Of a stretch of DNA of 25,161 nt, positions 1-8,038 are shown in pieces. The notes below the pieces were generated by a model, which worked only from the letters and a program-made list of their open reading frames with translations, was not told the origin of the DNA and made no database searches. The translations under genes and the position numbers were made by a program. Position 1 is the stretch's first letter, and each line of letters begins with the position of its first letter. The DNA comes from a virus (taxonomy: Duplodnaviria; Caudoviricetes). The DNA lies in IMG/VR virus record IMGVR_UViG_3300033067_001831, positions 1-25,161 of that record. One strand, written 5' to 3'.

Positions 1-281
1 CGGGCGGTGATGTCTCGCGCTATGGCTTCGGGGGTGCGGTCAAGGGCGCAAGTGATAGACTCTCCGCTTCGGGGTGATTTCATTTCGCGGGGTGCGCTGG
101 CTTTGATCTGCATTCGTCCGCGCACATCGTAGCCGGTTCTCATGGATAAAAACGCGCTTGGGCTGAATATCTGCAAAAATTCGCGCTCGGTTTCGGGCTG
201 CACTCTCCACAATTCGCCGGTGATGATCGTCAATTCAACGGCAAGCGGGGCGGCGAGGGTGGCGGGGGTTTGTTCGGTCAT
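1..281 (-). CDS. Hypothetical protein, N-terminal part (MTEQTPATLAAP...AIARDITAR); continues at 25161->24882 if circular (~186 aa)
   Basis: ATG at 281 after AGGAAAAAGAAACC; 93 codons + 2 nt open to the edge; right end supplies 1 nt + 9 codons in frame into ORF 24882..25133. Confidence 0.75.
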   Translation of the reverse strand, partial: MTEQTPATLAAPLAVELTIITGELWRVQPETEREFLQIFSPSAFLSMRTGYDVRGRMQIKASAPREMKSPRSGESITCALDRTPEAIARDITA

Positions 282-295
282 GGTTTCTTTTTCCT

Positions 296-329
296 GCCCG
301 CCCGCTTTAGGCGGGCGGGCTTTTGTTTT
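296..329 (+). terminator. GC hairpin with U-tract on the strand antisense to the operon
   Basis: GCCCGCCCGC-TTTAG-GCGGGCGGGC-TTTTGTTTT. Confidence 0.5.
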
Positions 330-330
330 C

Positions 331-873
331 TTAGGTGTGCAGCACTCCGGCGGGCTGGCTCTGCTGGCGTGTAAACTTCTGGCTTCCGTAGGTCTCGCGG
401 ATTTCGTCGAGAGTCGTGTCTTTGCGGTTGAAGGTTGGCACTCCGGCATAATACCAGGCGGTTTTTTTCGGGCTCCATTTGATACGCTCGGCGGGGTGGC
501 TTTCGTTCCATGCCTTTATGGTTTCCTTGTGGGCTTTGGTGTTACCGGATAGCCAGACCCACAGACCCATGAGTTCAATTTCTACGCCTTCGAGATTGAG
601 CGCAAATTCGATCACCTTGCGGATATGTTCGCCGACCTGATCGAGATCGTGATAATCACCTGCGGACTTTTTCCCTTCGGCGTTCGCGTTGCGCTGTCGT
701 TCGCGGGCTTCGTTGGTTGCGCCTGTGGCTTGGAATTTAGAATACTGCGCGTTGATTTCTTGCATGGTGCGAAGGTCTCCGCCCATGTCTGGGTGATTTT
801 CGCGGGCAAGCTGTTTATACAGTTTTTTCGCTTCGTCGGCGGTCTTGCAGTCTTGAAAATATTGTGTAGTCAT
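331..873 (-). CDS. J-domain (DnaJ-like) protein
   Basis: AKKLYKQLARENHPDMGG...MQEINAQY, truncated J-domain with HPD motif, common in phages and plasmids. Confidence 0.8.
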   Translation of the reverse strand: MTTQYFQDCKTADEAKKLYKQLARENHPDMGGDLRTMQEINAQYSKFQATGATNEARERQRNANAEGKKSAGDYHDLDQVGEHIRKVIEFALNLEGVEIELMGLWVWLSGNTKAHKETIKAWNESHPAERIKWSPKKTAWYYAGVPTFNRKDTTLDEIRETYGSQKFTRQQSQPAGVLHT

Positions 874-876
874 TTC

Positions 877-1140
877 TCACCATTCTTGATTATGTAATTG
901 AAGCAAAAATTCGGCGCGTTCTTCGGCTTCCTGCGCCATCTTCCAGGCAAGATCGGCGGGGCGGGCGCTGATACGCTCACAGAGTTCAACCCCGCCATTT
1001 CTCCAGCGTGTGTAATGGGTCGCGGTCTCGCGTGGAAAAAAAGCTTCTCCGTGGCAAATTGCGCGGCGGGCTGGCGTGATTTCTACCCAGTGGATGCAGT
1101 CACATTTGAGACAGTATTCCTTGAAAAAATGCCCGCTCAT
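877..1140 (-). CDS. Hypothetical protein with CxxCxC motif (87 aa, MSGHFFKEYCLKCDC)
   Basis: Start re-assigned to ATG 1140, which overlaps the upstream stop (ATGA). Confidence 0.65.
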   Translation of the reverse strand: MSGHFFKEYCLKCDCIHWVEITPARRAICHGEAFFPRETATHYTRWRNGGVELCERISARPADLAWKMAQEAEERAEFLLQLHNQEW

Positions 1141-1439
1141 TTCGGTTCGCCGTGTACGCGCATGACCTGATCGAGTTCTGTGCTGTAATCGTGTACGGTG
1201 TGAATTTTCTCGAACGGGCAAGAAAACCAAACCCCGAAACCTTCGCCCTTGCGCCAGTCGTCGCCTACTGACTCGACGTGTGCTTCTCGGCTCGCACGGT
1301 CTGCGTTTTTGATCGTGCAAAGTATGTAAACCGGCTGGTTCGGATGGATACCGAACAGGGGATTTTCCACCCATGCACGGATCTCGGTTTTGATCGTGCG
1401 GTACATTTCATACTGACCGATTTTTATAAGCTGTAGCAT
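1137..1439 (-). CDS. Hypothetical protein
   Basis: SD AAAAGGAG before ATG; ATGA coupling to the next gene. Confidence 0.7.
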   Translation of the reverse strand: MLQLIKIGQYEMYRTIKTEIRAWVENPLFGIHPNQPVYILCTIKNADRASREAHVESVGDDWRKGEGFGVWFSCPFEKIHTVHDYSTELDQVMRVHGEPK

Positions 1440-1491
1440 TGCAGACTCCTTTTGTGTGTGACCGGCGGCGGTACGTCCGCCGGATAATGGA

Positions 1492-1860
1492 TTAGATGAT
1501 CGGAAGGCAAAATAAAACGGTCTTGTTTTTGTTCTTCTTTGGCTTGGGGTTTTCTGCGCCTGTGATAGTGCAAGAGGCGAATTTACCGCCGGTTTTTATC
1601 TCGCCGCGTTTGTCGGGGCTTTCGATACGCTCGAATAGTTCAAGGGTGAAAACCTGAAAACGCCAGTCAATAAGTACTGCACCCTCTAAGGGTTGGGCGG
1701 GTTTCGGGAATTGGTAGCGGTAACGGTTTTCCCATTCTTCTCGCTTTTCTTCGGGGATACACTCAAGCCATGAATAAAAATCATCGTATGCCATGTCTAG
1801 CGGGTCAGTGTTGGCAATGCCGAACGTGGGGACGGTGAAGGGTTCTTTTACTTTTTGCAT
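1492..1860 (-). CDS. Hypothetical protein (122 aa, MQKVKEPF)
   Basis: ATG 1860 after AAAAAGGT, 13 nt downstream of the previous stop. Confidence 0.65.
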   Translation of the reverse strand: MQKVKEPFTVPTFGIANTDPLDMAYDDFYSWLECIPEEKREEWENRYRYQFPKPAQPLEGAVLIDWRFQVFTLELFERIESPDKRGEIKTGGKFASCTITGAENPKPKKNKNKTVLFCLPII

Positions 1861-1873
1861 GATATCGACCTTT

Positions 1874-2392
1874 TTAGAATAACGAGATTTGAACGGGCGC
1901 GACCCACTGCCAGCAAGCAAAGCCAGCGAATGAGGACGCGACCCAATGACCAGAGACGGAAGGAATAGCGGCGGGCATGGATGCCGAGAACACGAAAACC
2001 GGCAACCCTGCGCGGTGTGCCTCGCGTGCTACTGCAAGCGACCCATTGCCCGGATTAAAGAAAACGGCGGCGGCGCAACCTTGAAACGCGGCGATTGAGC
2101 GCAACAAATAACGGGCTTGCATGGGGGCGGAAGTACCGCCTGCATGGAACACAACGCGCGCGCCTTCAACCCTGGCAACCTGCAAATGATTGGAGATTGT
2201 ATAAGGACAGTGAACCGCAAAGACTGTAAGTGATGGGCGAGGGCAAGAACTAACAACGGCTTGATCGGCGCCGAACTGGCAACCCACATGCACGGCTTGA
2301 CCTGCGGCGATAACTGCGCCGACGACCTGCGCGATTTGTGCGGGGTTTATGCTTTGAGGATTGCGAGAGCCACCAAAATAGATGTTTTTCAT
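1874..2392 (-). CDS. SLOG/DprA(Smf)-like Rossmann-fold protein; first gene of the early operon
   Basis: IYFGGSR...VHVGCQFGADQAV...GSLAVAREA..GLPVFVF pattern. Confidence 0.65.
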   Translation of the reverse strand: MKNIYFGGSRNPQSINPAQIAQVVGAVIAAGQAVHVGCQFGADQAVVSSCPRPSLTVFAVHCPYTISNHLQVARVEGARVVFHAGGTSAPMQARYLLRSIAAFQGCAAAVFFNPGNGSLAVAREAHRAGLPVFVFSASMPAAIPSVSGHWVASSFAGFACWQWVAPVQISLF

Positions 2393-2398
2393 ATAAGT

Positions 2399-2426
2399 AT
2401 TTTACTACAATGTAGCAAAAAAGCAA
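2399..2426 (-). promoter_or_regulatory. Sigma70-type promoter for a leaderless early transcript, with palindromic operator CTACATTGTAG in the spacer
   Basis: TTGCTT-16-TAAAAT-6 nt-ATG(2392); palindrome at 2405..2415. Confidence 0.6.
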
Positions 2427-2862
2427 GGAATTAAGATAAGAAAAAAATAAGAAAAACCGCCCACATGCGACCATGCGAAAACGAACAGGAACGAACCCAA
2501 AAAGCAATTGCCGCCTAATAGACGCCGTGGCATGCGAGGCTTGGAAAATGAGCAACCTGAAAGGCGCGAACGCCAGCGGGGTTGCCGCGCTGATCTTGCG
2601 CGTGCGTACTCGCACCCCCCGCATGCTTGGCGTGGGTTTCGCGGTGAAAAAATGGCGCTCTTGCTGTTGCCATTTTTGCGCTTGCTCATTTGTCCAAACG
2701 AGACATAAAATGTTTGTGGCGGCACTTGCTTTTATTTCAATAGGACTTGCGCGGACGTTTTGGGCTGAATGCTCTTTGAAGCCGCAAAACGCCATAGCGA
2801 CTTTCTCCCAGGGTTTTGTGTCCGTTCTTCAAATGCCCTTTACCTTTAGGCGCGAGGGTTTG

Positions 2863-3145
2863 CACAAAGAAATAAAAGGCTTTGCCGCGCTGGAGGCGCG
2901 GGGTTTCAAAGCAATAGCCCCTCCCCCCAATAGCGTTTAGACACACATTGCTGCGCTTGCAAAGGCGTGACCAACGGGAGCAGCCTGCAAGCGCACGGGG
3001 TGGGGGGATGCCACGCGGCGGGGGGAGGGGCGGTTTTATTTCTTTGTGTCGCGCCTGGCGGTTCTGGCACATTGGCGGTACTCCGCCATAATGTGCCGGT
3101 TGTCCGCTCTTGATCTCTGCCATCAGCGAGCGCGGTACTCCGCGC
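2863..3145. other. Highly structured non-coding element (ncRNA or single-strand origin)
   Basis: Nested inverted repeats 2863-2877/3034-3048 (15 bp), 2917-2928/3020-3031 (12 bp), 2952-2961/2986-2995 (10 bp); further hairpins 3066-3097 and 3130-3145. Confidence 0.55.
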
Positions 3146-3261
3146 CCACGTGCCGGCACAGGTTCGCCCTTTCCTATCGTGTAGCCAGTGTGGTACACTT
3201 GTTCTAATCAACCGAACAGGTGAAGAACGTCGAGAGTATGTGAAGCCTGATCGGGACCTAC

Positions 3262-3292
3262 AAAAACGGACACGTTACACGTGTCCGTTTTT
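3262..3292. terminator. Bidirectional intrinsic terminator
   Basis: AAAAACGGACACGT-TAC-ACGTGTCCGTTTTT. Confidence 0.75.
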
Positions 3293-3298
3293 TGCTTC

Positions 3299-3327
3299 TT
3301 GACTTTTGAAAACAGATTTGCTATTAT
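3299..3327 (+). promoter_or_regulatory. Sigma70 promoter with extended -10
   Basis: TTGACT-17-TATTAT, with TG one base upstream of the -10. Confidence 0.7.
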
Positions 3328-3333
3328 GTCGGT

Positions 3334-3460
3334 GCCGTTCGATTGGTTGCCCCCCTCAACCTGTCGGGCGGTGTTTTATCGGGCATTAGCTGACCGGCTG
3401 ACATATGATGTGCGCCGATAAAGAAGAACCCGCCGAGTGATCGGCGGGTTTTCTGTTTTC
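3334..3460 (+). ncRNA. Putative ~125-nt small RNA
   Basis: Own promoter, two stem-loops (first has loop CCCCCCT), terminator AACCCGCCGA-GTGA-TCGGCGGGTT-TTCTGTTTT; no credible ORF. Confidence 0.6.
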
Positions 3461-3575
3461 TGTTTCCTGTTTCCTGCTTGCGCCTTTGCGTTAGGGATTG
3501 AGGGGAGTTCCCACGACCCGAAAGCCCGACGGCGCGGCACTATCGCGCCGGAACGCCCGAATATGCCCGTAACCC

Positions 3576-3604
3576 TTGACAAGATTTCTACATGGTAGTA
3601 AATT
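3576..3604 (+). promoter_or_regulatory. Promoter for a leaderless repressor mRNA, with operator CTACATGGTAG
   Basis: TTGACA-17-TAAATT-6 nt-ATG(3611); palindrome at 3588..3598. Confidence 0.75.
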
Positions 3605-3610
3605 CTGGCT

Positions 3611-3814
3611 ATGTCAAATATCAATTTATCTCCTGTGAGTGAAAATCCGAGTTCTGTGCGTTTGAGTGCTGATGATGAAAAGGTACTGGAACAGGCGCGT
3701 AAGATCATCGAGAAGAAATTTTCCATCCCCCCTGGTTTCAAGCTGAATAAGTCAAACATCCTGCGTGTGGCATTGCATGAATTTGTGAAGGCTTCAAAAA
3801 ATGTCGCGCCGTAG
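3611..3814 (+). CDS. Small ribbon-helix-helix-like DNA-binding protein, probable repressor
   Basis: SSVRLS..DEKVLE...NKSNILRVALHEF strand-helix-helix pattern; own promoter; near attP. Confidence 0.65.
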   Translation: MSNINLSPVSENPSSVRLSADDEKVLEQARKIIEKKFSIPPGFKLNKSNILRVALHEFVKASKNVAP

Positions 3815-3939
3815 TGTTCAGCGTAAAGCCTGGCATTCGATCTATAAAGATATCGAGAGTCCTGCTTCGCCCTCCACTTTCTTTGATTGGATTATCCTAA
3901 TTTCTGTTTTATTATTCATCGTTTATTTGTTCGTCGTGA

Positions 3940-3978
3940 AATAAAAAACTAGTCCCCATGTTGACGCATGAGGACTAG
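3940..3978 (-). terminator. Terminator downstream of the tRNA fragment and integrase
   Basis: Minus strand: CTAGTCCTCATG-CGTCAA-CATGGGGACTAG-TTTTTTATTT. Confidence 0.7.
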
Positions 3979-4030
3979 GACGACGAGCTATCCTTCGTAA
4001 AGCCTGTACCTTTACAACCGAATAGCTGTG

Positions 4031-4084
4031 AGCGGGTGGCGGGAATCGAACCCGCGTATTGTGCTTGGGAAGCACATGTTCTAC
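4031..4084 (-). other. attP core: 3' fragment of tRNA-Gly(CCC)
   Basis: GTAGAAC-A-TGTGC-TTCCCAA-GCACA-ATAC-GCGGG-TTCGATT-CCCGC-CACCCGC-T; 5' acceptor/D strand absent; 18 bp from the integrase stop. Confidence 0.85.
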
Positions 4085-4102
4085 GATTACGTTTCGTATA
4101 GT

Positions 4103-4924
4103 TTACCGCTTTAGCTTGGTCATGGGAAGCCACGGTCTCATTTTCTCCAGACGTAGGGCGCGTGTGTAGCGCGTGACCATCTGCGTAGACTTCCATCGTC
4201 CGCCCTCCATGATAAGCCTGTCTGGTGCGCCGCCTTCGCTTGCGATGGTGGCGAAGCCTCGGCGGAAGTCGTGAACGCCGAGCGTGACATGGATCGCCCT
4301 GCCCCATTCCCTGATAATCGAATATAGACCGCCTGGGGTCAGTCCATTACCTGTGACGGTTGAGACGAATAAGAAGCCCTGCGGGTTGAGTCGTTGCCTG
4401 AATAATTTCCAGTGTTCGATGTGCGCGGCGGTTTCCTCGCTAAAGATCGCAAATTCCCAACTACCGCCCTTGACCAATGCCTGTAAGATGCGCTTGTCTG
4501 TGTCTGTATCTGCTTGTTGCAGGTTGCAGATCTCGGACTCCCTGAGACCGGTGTCTATCAAGAGCGAAGCGATGGCAAGGTCCCTTGCACCTTTGGCGCA
4601 ATGACGGTCAAAGGACGCCAGTAATATTTCTGCGATTTCCTGCGTGAGAGTGCGCGGCATCTTTCCTCGGATGCGTTTGAGGCGGGCGGTTAGAGCGGGG
4701 TGAGATTGTCCATATTTCCAGGCTAAAAATTTTTGTGATGCTGCCAATGCGACGCATTGGCGCGAGTTCCCCCACCCTTTCGACTGAACAAGTGATAGTA
4801 ACCCCGACGCGCTGAGTGCGGCGGGGTCTTGAATGTGCGCGAATACCTGCGTGAGTACGTCCGCGTAGGTGCGCTTGGTGGTCTCTGCGTAGGGGTGAGA
4901 GTCTAAGAATGTGCGAATGTCCAT
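4103..4924 (-). CDS. int: Tyrosine recombinase/phage integrase (273 aa)
   Basis: RDLAI...DTGLRESE, VKGG, HDFRRGFAT, GRW, TRY catalytic motifs; AGGAG SD upstream of ATG 4924. Confidence 0.92.
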   Translation of the reverse strand: MDIRTFLDSHPYAETTKRTYADVLTQVFAHIQDPAALSASGLLSLVQSKGWGNSRQCVALAASQKFLAWKYGQSHPALTARLKRIRGKMPRTLTQEIAEILLASFDRHCAKGARDLAIASLLIDTGLRESEICNLQQADTDTDKRILQALVKGGSWEFAIFSEETAAHIEHWKLFRQRLNPQGFLFVSTVTGNGLTPGGLYSIIREWGRAIHVTLGVHDFRRGFATIASEGGAPDRLIMEGGRWKSTQMVTRYTRALRLEKMRPWLPMTKLKR

Positions 4925-5136
4925 CCGATATGTGCTCCTGAGTAAGAGTAGTGATGATCGGCGGGCGAATGCCCCCGTTATCTTCGCCGGTGAGACGGCG
5001 AAAAAAAATCTATGCGTGAAAGGTGGTGATGTGTACTGAATATGTAAGGTATCACCCACGACTGGCGGAGTCTGCGTTTCTACCAGTCGCGGGCAACAAA
5101 AACATTGTATCAAAAAAAATCTAAAAGGAGTCTAAT

Positions 5137-5361
5137 ATGCGTTACACGATTGACAATATCCCGAACGGCGATATTTTTTGGTGGGGTTATTTTGAAAAAG
5201 GTTGGAAAAAAGTTTCACCCGCCGAGGCTTTGAAAATCATGCGGAGGTACATGAGCGGTCTTGATTATCAAGAGTTTGACCGCATGGTTCGAGAGGGTCT
5301 TTCTGGCAACGAGATCAAATTGATGAACGGCGGGTCTCGGTTCAAATTCATCCCGAAATAA
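5137..5361 (+). CDS. Hypothetical protein, divergent from the integrase
   Basis: SD AAAAGGAG; 74 aa. Confidence 0.7.
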   Translation: MRYTIDNIPNGDIFWWGYFEKGWKKVSPAEALKIMRRYMSGLDYQEFDRMVREGLSGNEIKLMNGGSRFKFIPK

Positions 5362-5454
5362 ACCGCAACATGAGCTTAGTCGATGAATGGTCGCCCGCGA
5401 CGGTTCTGAATTGTTTTTGTGTTGTGCGACCCTAGATATAAAGGAGTCTGTAAA

Positions 5455-6237
5455 ATGAACGATAAAAGTTTTCTTCAAGAAGTAAAAGGCGAGATGCGCT
5501 CTCGCGTTATGGGTCTTATCCGTAAGCCGACTGCTCCACAAAAGAAAAAGACCATCAAGAACATGGCACCGCTGGCGTTGATCGGTTTCAATGTCGTAAT
5601 GACATTCCTTGACTTGATCTCCGCGATTGCGGTTGCGATGTTGACCACTTCGCTGTATGGCGTTTTGACCTTCATTGCTGGCGTCTTGGCTCTGTTCGTG
5701 TGGGAACGCCTCTTCACGAACGCTCACGCGAATATCATGCAGAAGTGGATTTCGGTAGGTGGTGGCGTGTTGGCTGTTCTCTCTACGCTCGGCATTGGTA
5801 TTCTTTCCGCGCTGGTGAATGTATTCAATATCTCTGGTGCGGTTTCTTCGGTTGCGATGGAAGCAGGTATGTTGATCTCGCTTGTAGTTGTGACCTTTAT
5901 TCACGGCATTGCTTGGGGTGTTTACTACTTCGCTGATCCTGCGCACGTCGCCGAGATGAAGCGACAAGTCAATATTGCCTGGCGCGAACAACAGAAGCAA
6001 GGCATTGAGGACGCGAAGGAAGATTTGAACGCCGTCCTTGAGATTGATAAAGAGTTGCAGGACTATGAGAACAAAGGGCAGCTTGATCTACTCTCTGCGT
6101 CTTACGAGACCATGCGCGGGCAATCTTTGGTAAACCATGAAGTTGATCTCACGCAAGACCCTGAATATCAGGTATGGCTCGCAAAGGGGGCGGTCTCCCC
6201 TTCCCCTTTGCCCAATCTGGACGGCGAGAACAGTTAG
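5455..6237 (+). CDS. Four-TM membrane protein with C-terminal coiled coil (260 aa)
   Basis: SD AAGGAG before ATG 5455; four hydrophobic segments followed by a charged helical region. Confidence 0.75.
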   Translation: MNDKSFLQEVKGEMRSRVMGLIRKPTAPQKKKTIKNMAPLALIGFNVVMTFLDLISAIAVAMLTTSLYGVLTFIAGVLALFVWERLFTNAHANIMQKWISVGGGVLAVLSTLGIGILSALVNVFNISGAVSSVAMEAGMLISLVVVTFIHGIAWGVYYFADPAHVAEMKRQVNIAWREQQKQGIEDAKEDLNAVLEIDKELQDYENKGQLDLLSASYETMRGQSLVNHEVDLTQDPEYQVWLAKGAVSPSPLPNLDGENS

Positions 6238-6434
6238 CTGGTCGCCGTCCGAAGGTCTGGACTGAATGCGAGTATTGCGGCGAGAAGATATTATCCAATG
6301 TTGGATTAGACGGAAAGCCTCGTCGTCGCTTTTGTCCAAGACCTGCCCATTGTAAAACTTACTGGCACAGGGAAAACAACGAAAACATAACCATAGACGC
6401 CCAAAAAGTGACCGTAGGTGTCGTTACAGATTGA
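6174..6434 (+). CDS. Small Zn-finger protein (start uncertain)
   Basis: CEYCGE...RRRFCPRPAHCKTYWHR. Confidence 0.55.
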   Translation: MARKGGGLPFPFAQSGRREQLAGRRPKVWTECEYCGEKILSNVGLDGKPRRRFCPRPAHCKTYWHRENNENITIDAQKVTVGVVTD

Positions 6435-6482
6435 CAAGTCGGGGGCTGGCTAACCACCAGTCCCCGAAGGAGGTTATTTCTA

Positions 6483-6755
6483 ATGTCGCGTAGCCATTTC
6501 CCCGAAGGTGTGAAAGATAAAGTGAAGTGCTTGAAAGGCGTCAATTACGGCTTAGACTGGTCTATCACTACCTATCTGACTGAAGAAGGACAATACTATT
6601 CCACGGTCACAGTGAAAAGATCACTCCCTGATCTTGATCAGCGCGTTCATAGCCAGGACACTGTGAAGCGCGCCGATCTGGATAGCGCGGTTGCTGATGG
6701 CGGGATGCAACTGAGCGAATATTTTGAATTATTGGGGGTGTATCATGGGGCGTAG
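6483..6755 (+). CDS. Hypothetical protein
   Basis: SD AGGAGG; 90 aa. Confidence 0.7.
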   Translation: MSRSHFPEGVKDKVKCLKGVNYGLDWSITTYLTEEGQYYSTVTVKRSLPDLDQRVHSQDTVKRADLDSAVADGGMQLSEYFELLGVYHGA

Positions 6756-7311
6756 GACGATCTATAAAGCACAAGAGATATACAAATTGCGTGTGGTTTA
6801 TTGGACGCGTCACTATAACTATCGTGGATATGCGTCAAATTGCGGACTTGACCCTTTGAAGGTATTGAACGCATTGGCAAGGGCTAAGTTGCCTGATCCA
6901 GAGATTGAGGTGGACGGGTCTATCTATGAACCTTTAGACGTTCTTCGTGCGAGAAGTGATGCGTTGGAAATTCTCGGCTTGCGGTGGACGATCATCGCCT
7001 CTAGTTCGGAAATAAGCATTACATGGAAAGATTTGATGTGTCCGTACTTTTGGACTGAGGACGGCTGGCAGGCGTATGTTCGTTTGTATCAAGCCCTGCC
7101 GGACCCTGTTGAGGATCATTATCTGTTCTACGATGCCGAACGCGACGGCGGGCGGCTGGTTCCGATGTCCTCGAAGTCAAAACGGGGTGATAGCCCTGTG
7201 GGAAGCCCTGTGGGTAAACCTGTGGATAAGTCAGGTACAAGTCAAGTACAAGTGCCGTCGCACAGGTACAAGTCCCCTGTTTTGGGTGGTCGTAGTGGGG
7301 TGGGTGAGTAG
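6745..7311 (+). CDS. Hypothetical protein, candidate replication initiator (3' end overlaps the iterons)
   Basis: ATG 6745; repeats inside the gene's 3' end as in lambda O-type origins; function inferred from position. Confidence 0.5.
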   Translation: MGRRTIYKAQEIYKLRVVYWTRHYNYRGYASNCGLDPLKVLNALARAKLPDPEIEVDGSIYEPLDVLRARSDALEILGLRWTIIASSSEISITWKDLMCPYFWTEDGWQAYVRLYQALPDPVEDHYLFYDAERDGGRLVPMSSKSKRGDSPVGSPVGKPVDKSGTSQVQVPSHRYKSPVLGGRSGVGE

Positions 7312-7485
7312 ATGTACTTGCAACGGGGTAGTTTCCCCTGCGATGTACCTGAGTTGTACTTGGGTTTCAGGTACATCTTTCCAATAGGGAAATCCCCGTT
7401 GCTTCTACTATAGAGTCGCTGGAAATTTGGGAGTTGTACTTAGCCCTACTAAGACTACGAATAGATGATAAATAAATAATTATGA
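7195..7485. repeat. Putative replication origin: three 12-bp tandem DnaA-box-like units, eight CARGTACAWS-type iterons and an AT-rich tract
   Basis: CCTGTGG units at 7195/7207/7219; perfect TGTGGATAA 7221-7229; iterons at 7232, 7243, 7263, 7368 (+) and 7311, 7342, 7353, 7433 (-). Confidence 0.7.
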
Positions 7486-7727
7486 TGTCTGAAAGGACAG
7501 AAAGGCAAAGAGGCATGAACGAACAAGAGCAAGCCGAGCGCCGTCAGTTGATGAAAGACTTTATCCATGCTGTTCAGCAAATGCGGCATTTCCAGGTTAC
7601 ATATTTCAAGAACCGCCTGCAAGGGGATTTGCAGAAGTCGAAGCAATGGGAACGGGAGGTAGACCGGCTTTTAGACAAGATTGAGAAACGCCAGTCCGTC
7701 ATGTCTACACAGAAGGCTTTGTTATGA
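7482..7727 (+). CDS. Hypothetical helical protein (start may be ATG 7515)
   Basis: ATGA coupling to the next gene. Confidence 0.65.
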   Translation: MMSERTERQRGMNEQEQAERRQLMKDFIHAVQQMRHFQVTYFKNRLQGDLQKSKQWEREVDRLLDKIEKRQSVMSTQKALL

Positions 7728-8038
7728 CCGATAACAAAACCCAAAGCGACGCCCGCGCGCAAGATGGGCAAGTTATCGAACGCGCGGTAAAGAGGCTAAA
7801 AAAAGCCTATTTGCGCCATGCCTCATGGCGCGGGGTGGCGGGGGAGTGTGGAGTCAATGTCCGCTATGTGTGGCAGTTGGTCCAGCGCGGGACGGTTGCC
7901 CGTAACCCTGATATCCGCTTGAAGGTCGGACTTCCGCGTGTCATGCCGAGTGAGCGCAAGCGACGCCCGAAGCGTGAGCCGGTGAAACTCCTGCAACCTG
8001 GTTGGGAGAAGGTGTATTTCAAGAAGGTGAAACTATGA
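7724..8038 (+). CDS. HTH DNA-binding protein
   Basis: SWRGVAGECGVNVRYVWQLVQRG helix-turn-helix. Confidence 0.65.
   Translation: MTDNKTQSDARAQDGQVIERAVKRLKKAYLRHASWRGVAGECGVNVRYVWQLVQRGTVARNPDIRLKVGLPRVMPSERKRRPKREPVKLLQPGWEKVYFKKVKL

Noticed and set aside
2250-3211. ORFs in the control region (e.g. 2250..2795, 2473..2940, 2737..3198)
   Set aside because: No SD, atypical composition and mutual overlaps; better explained as structured non-coding DNA
4031-4110. Complete tRNA-Gly gene
   Set aside because: The required 5' acceptor strand (GCGGGTG) and D-stem 5' strand are absent
4103-4924. Integrase as an integron integrase (IntI)
   Set aside because: Only 273 aa, lacks the IntI-specific insertion between the catalytic Lys region and the FLF patch, and is paired with a tRNA attP rather than an attI; activity on attC is not excluded experimentally
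4925-5113. N-terminal extension of the integrase
   Set aside because: Does not look like protein sequence; the AGGAG SD supports ATG 4924
5215-6000. 261-aa minus-strand ORF and similar antisense ORFs in the structural genes
   Set aside because: Antisense shadows of well-supported genes
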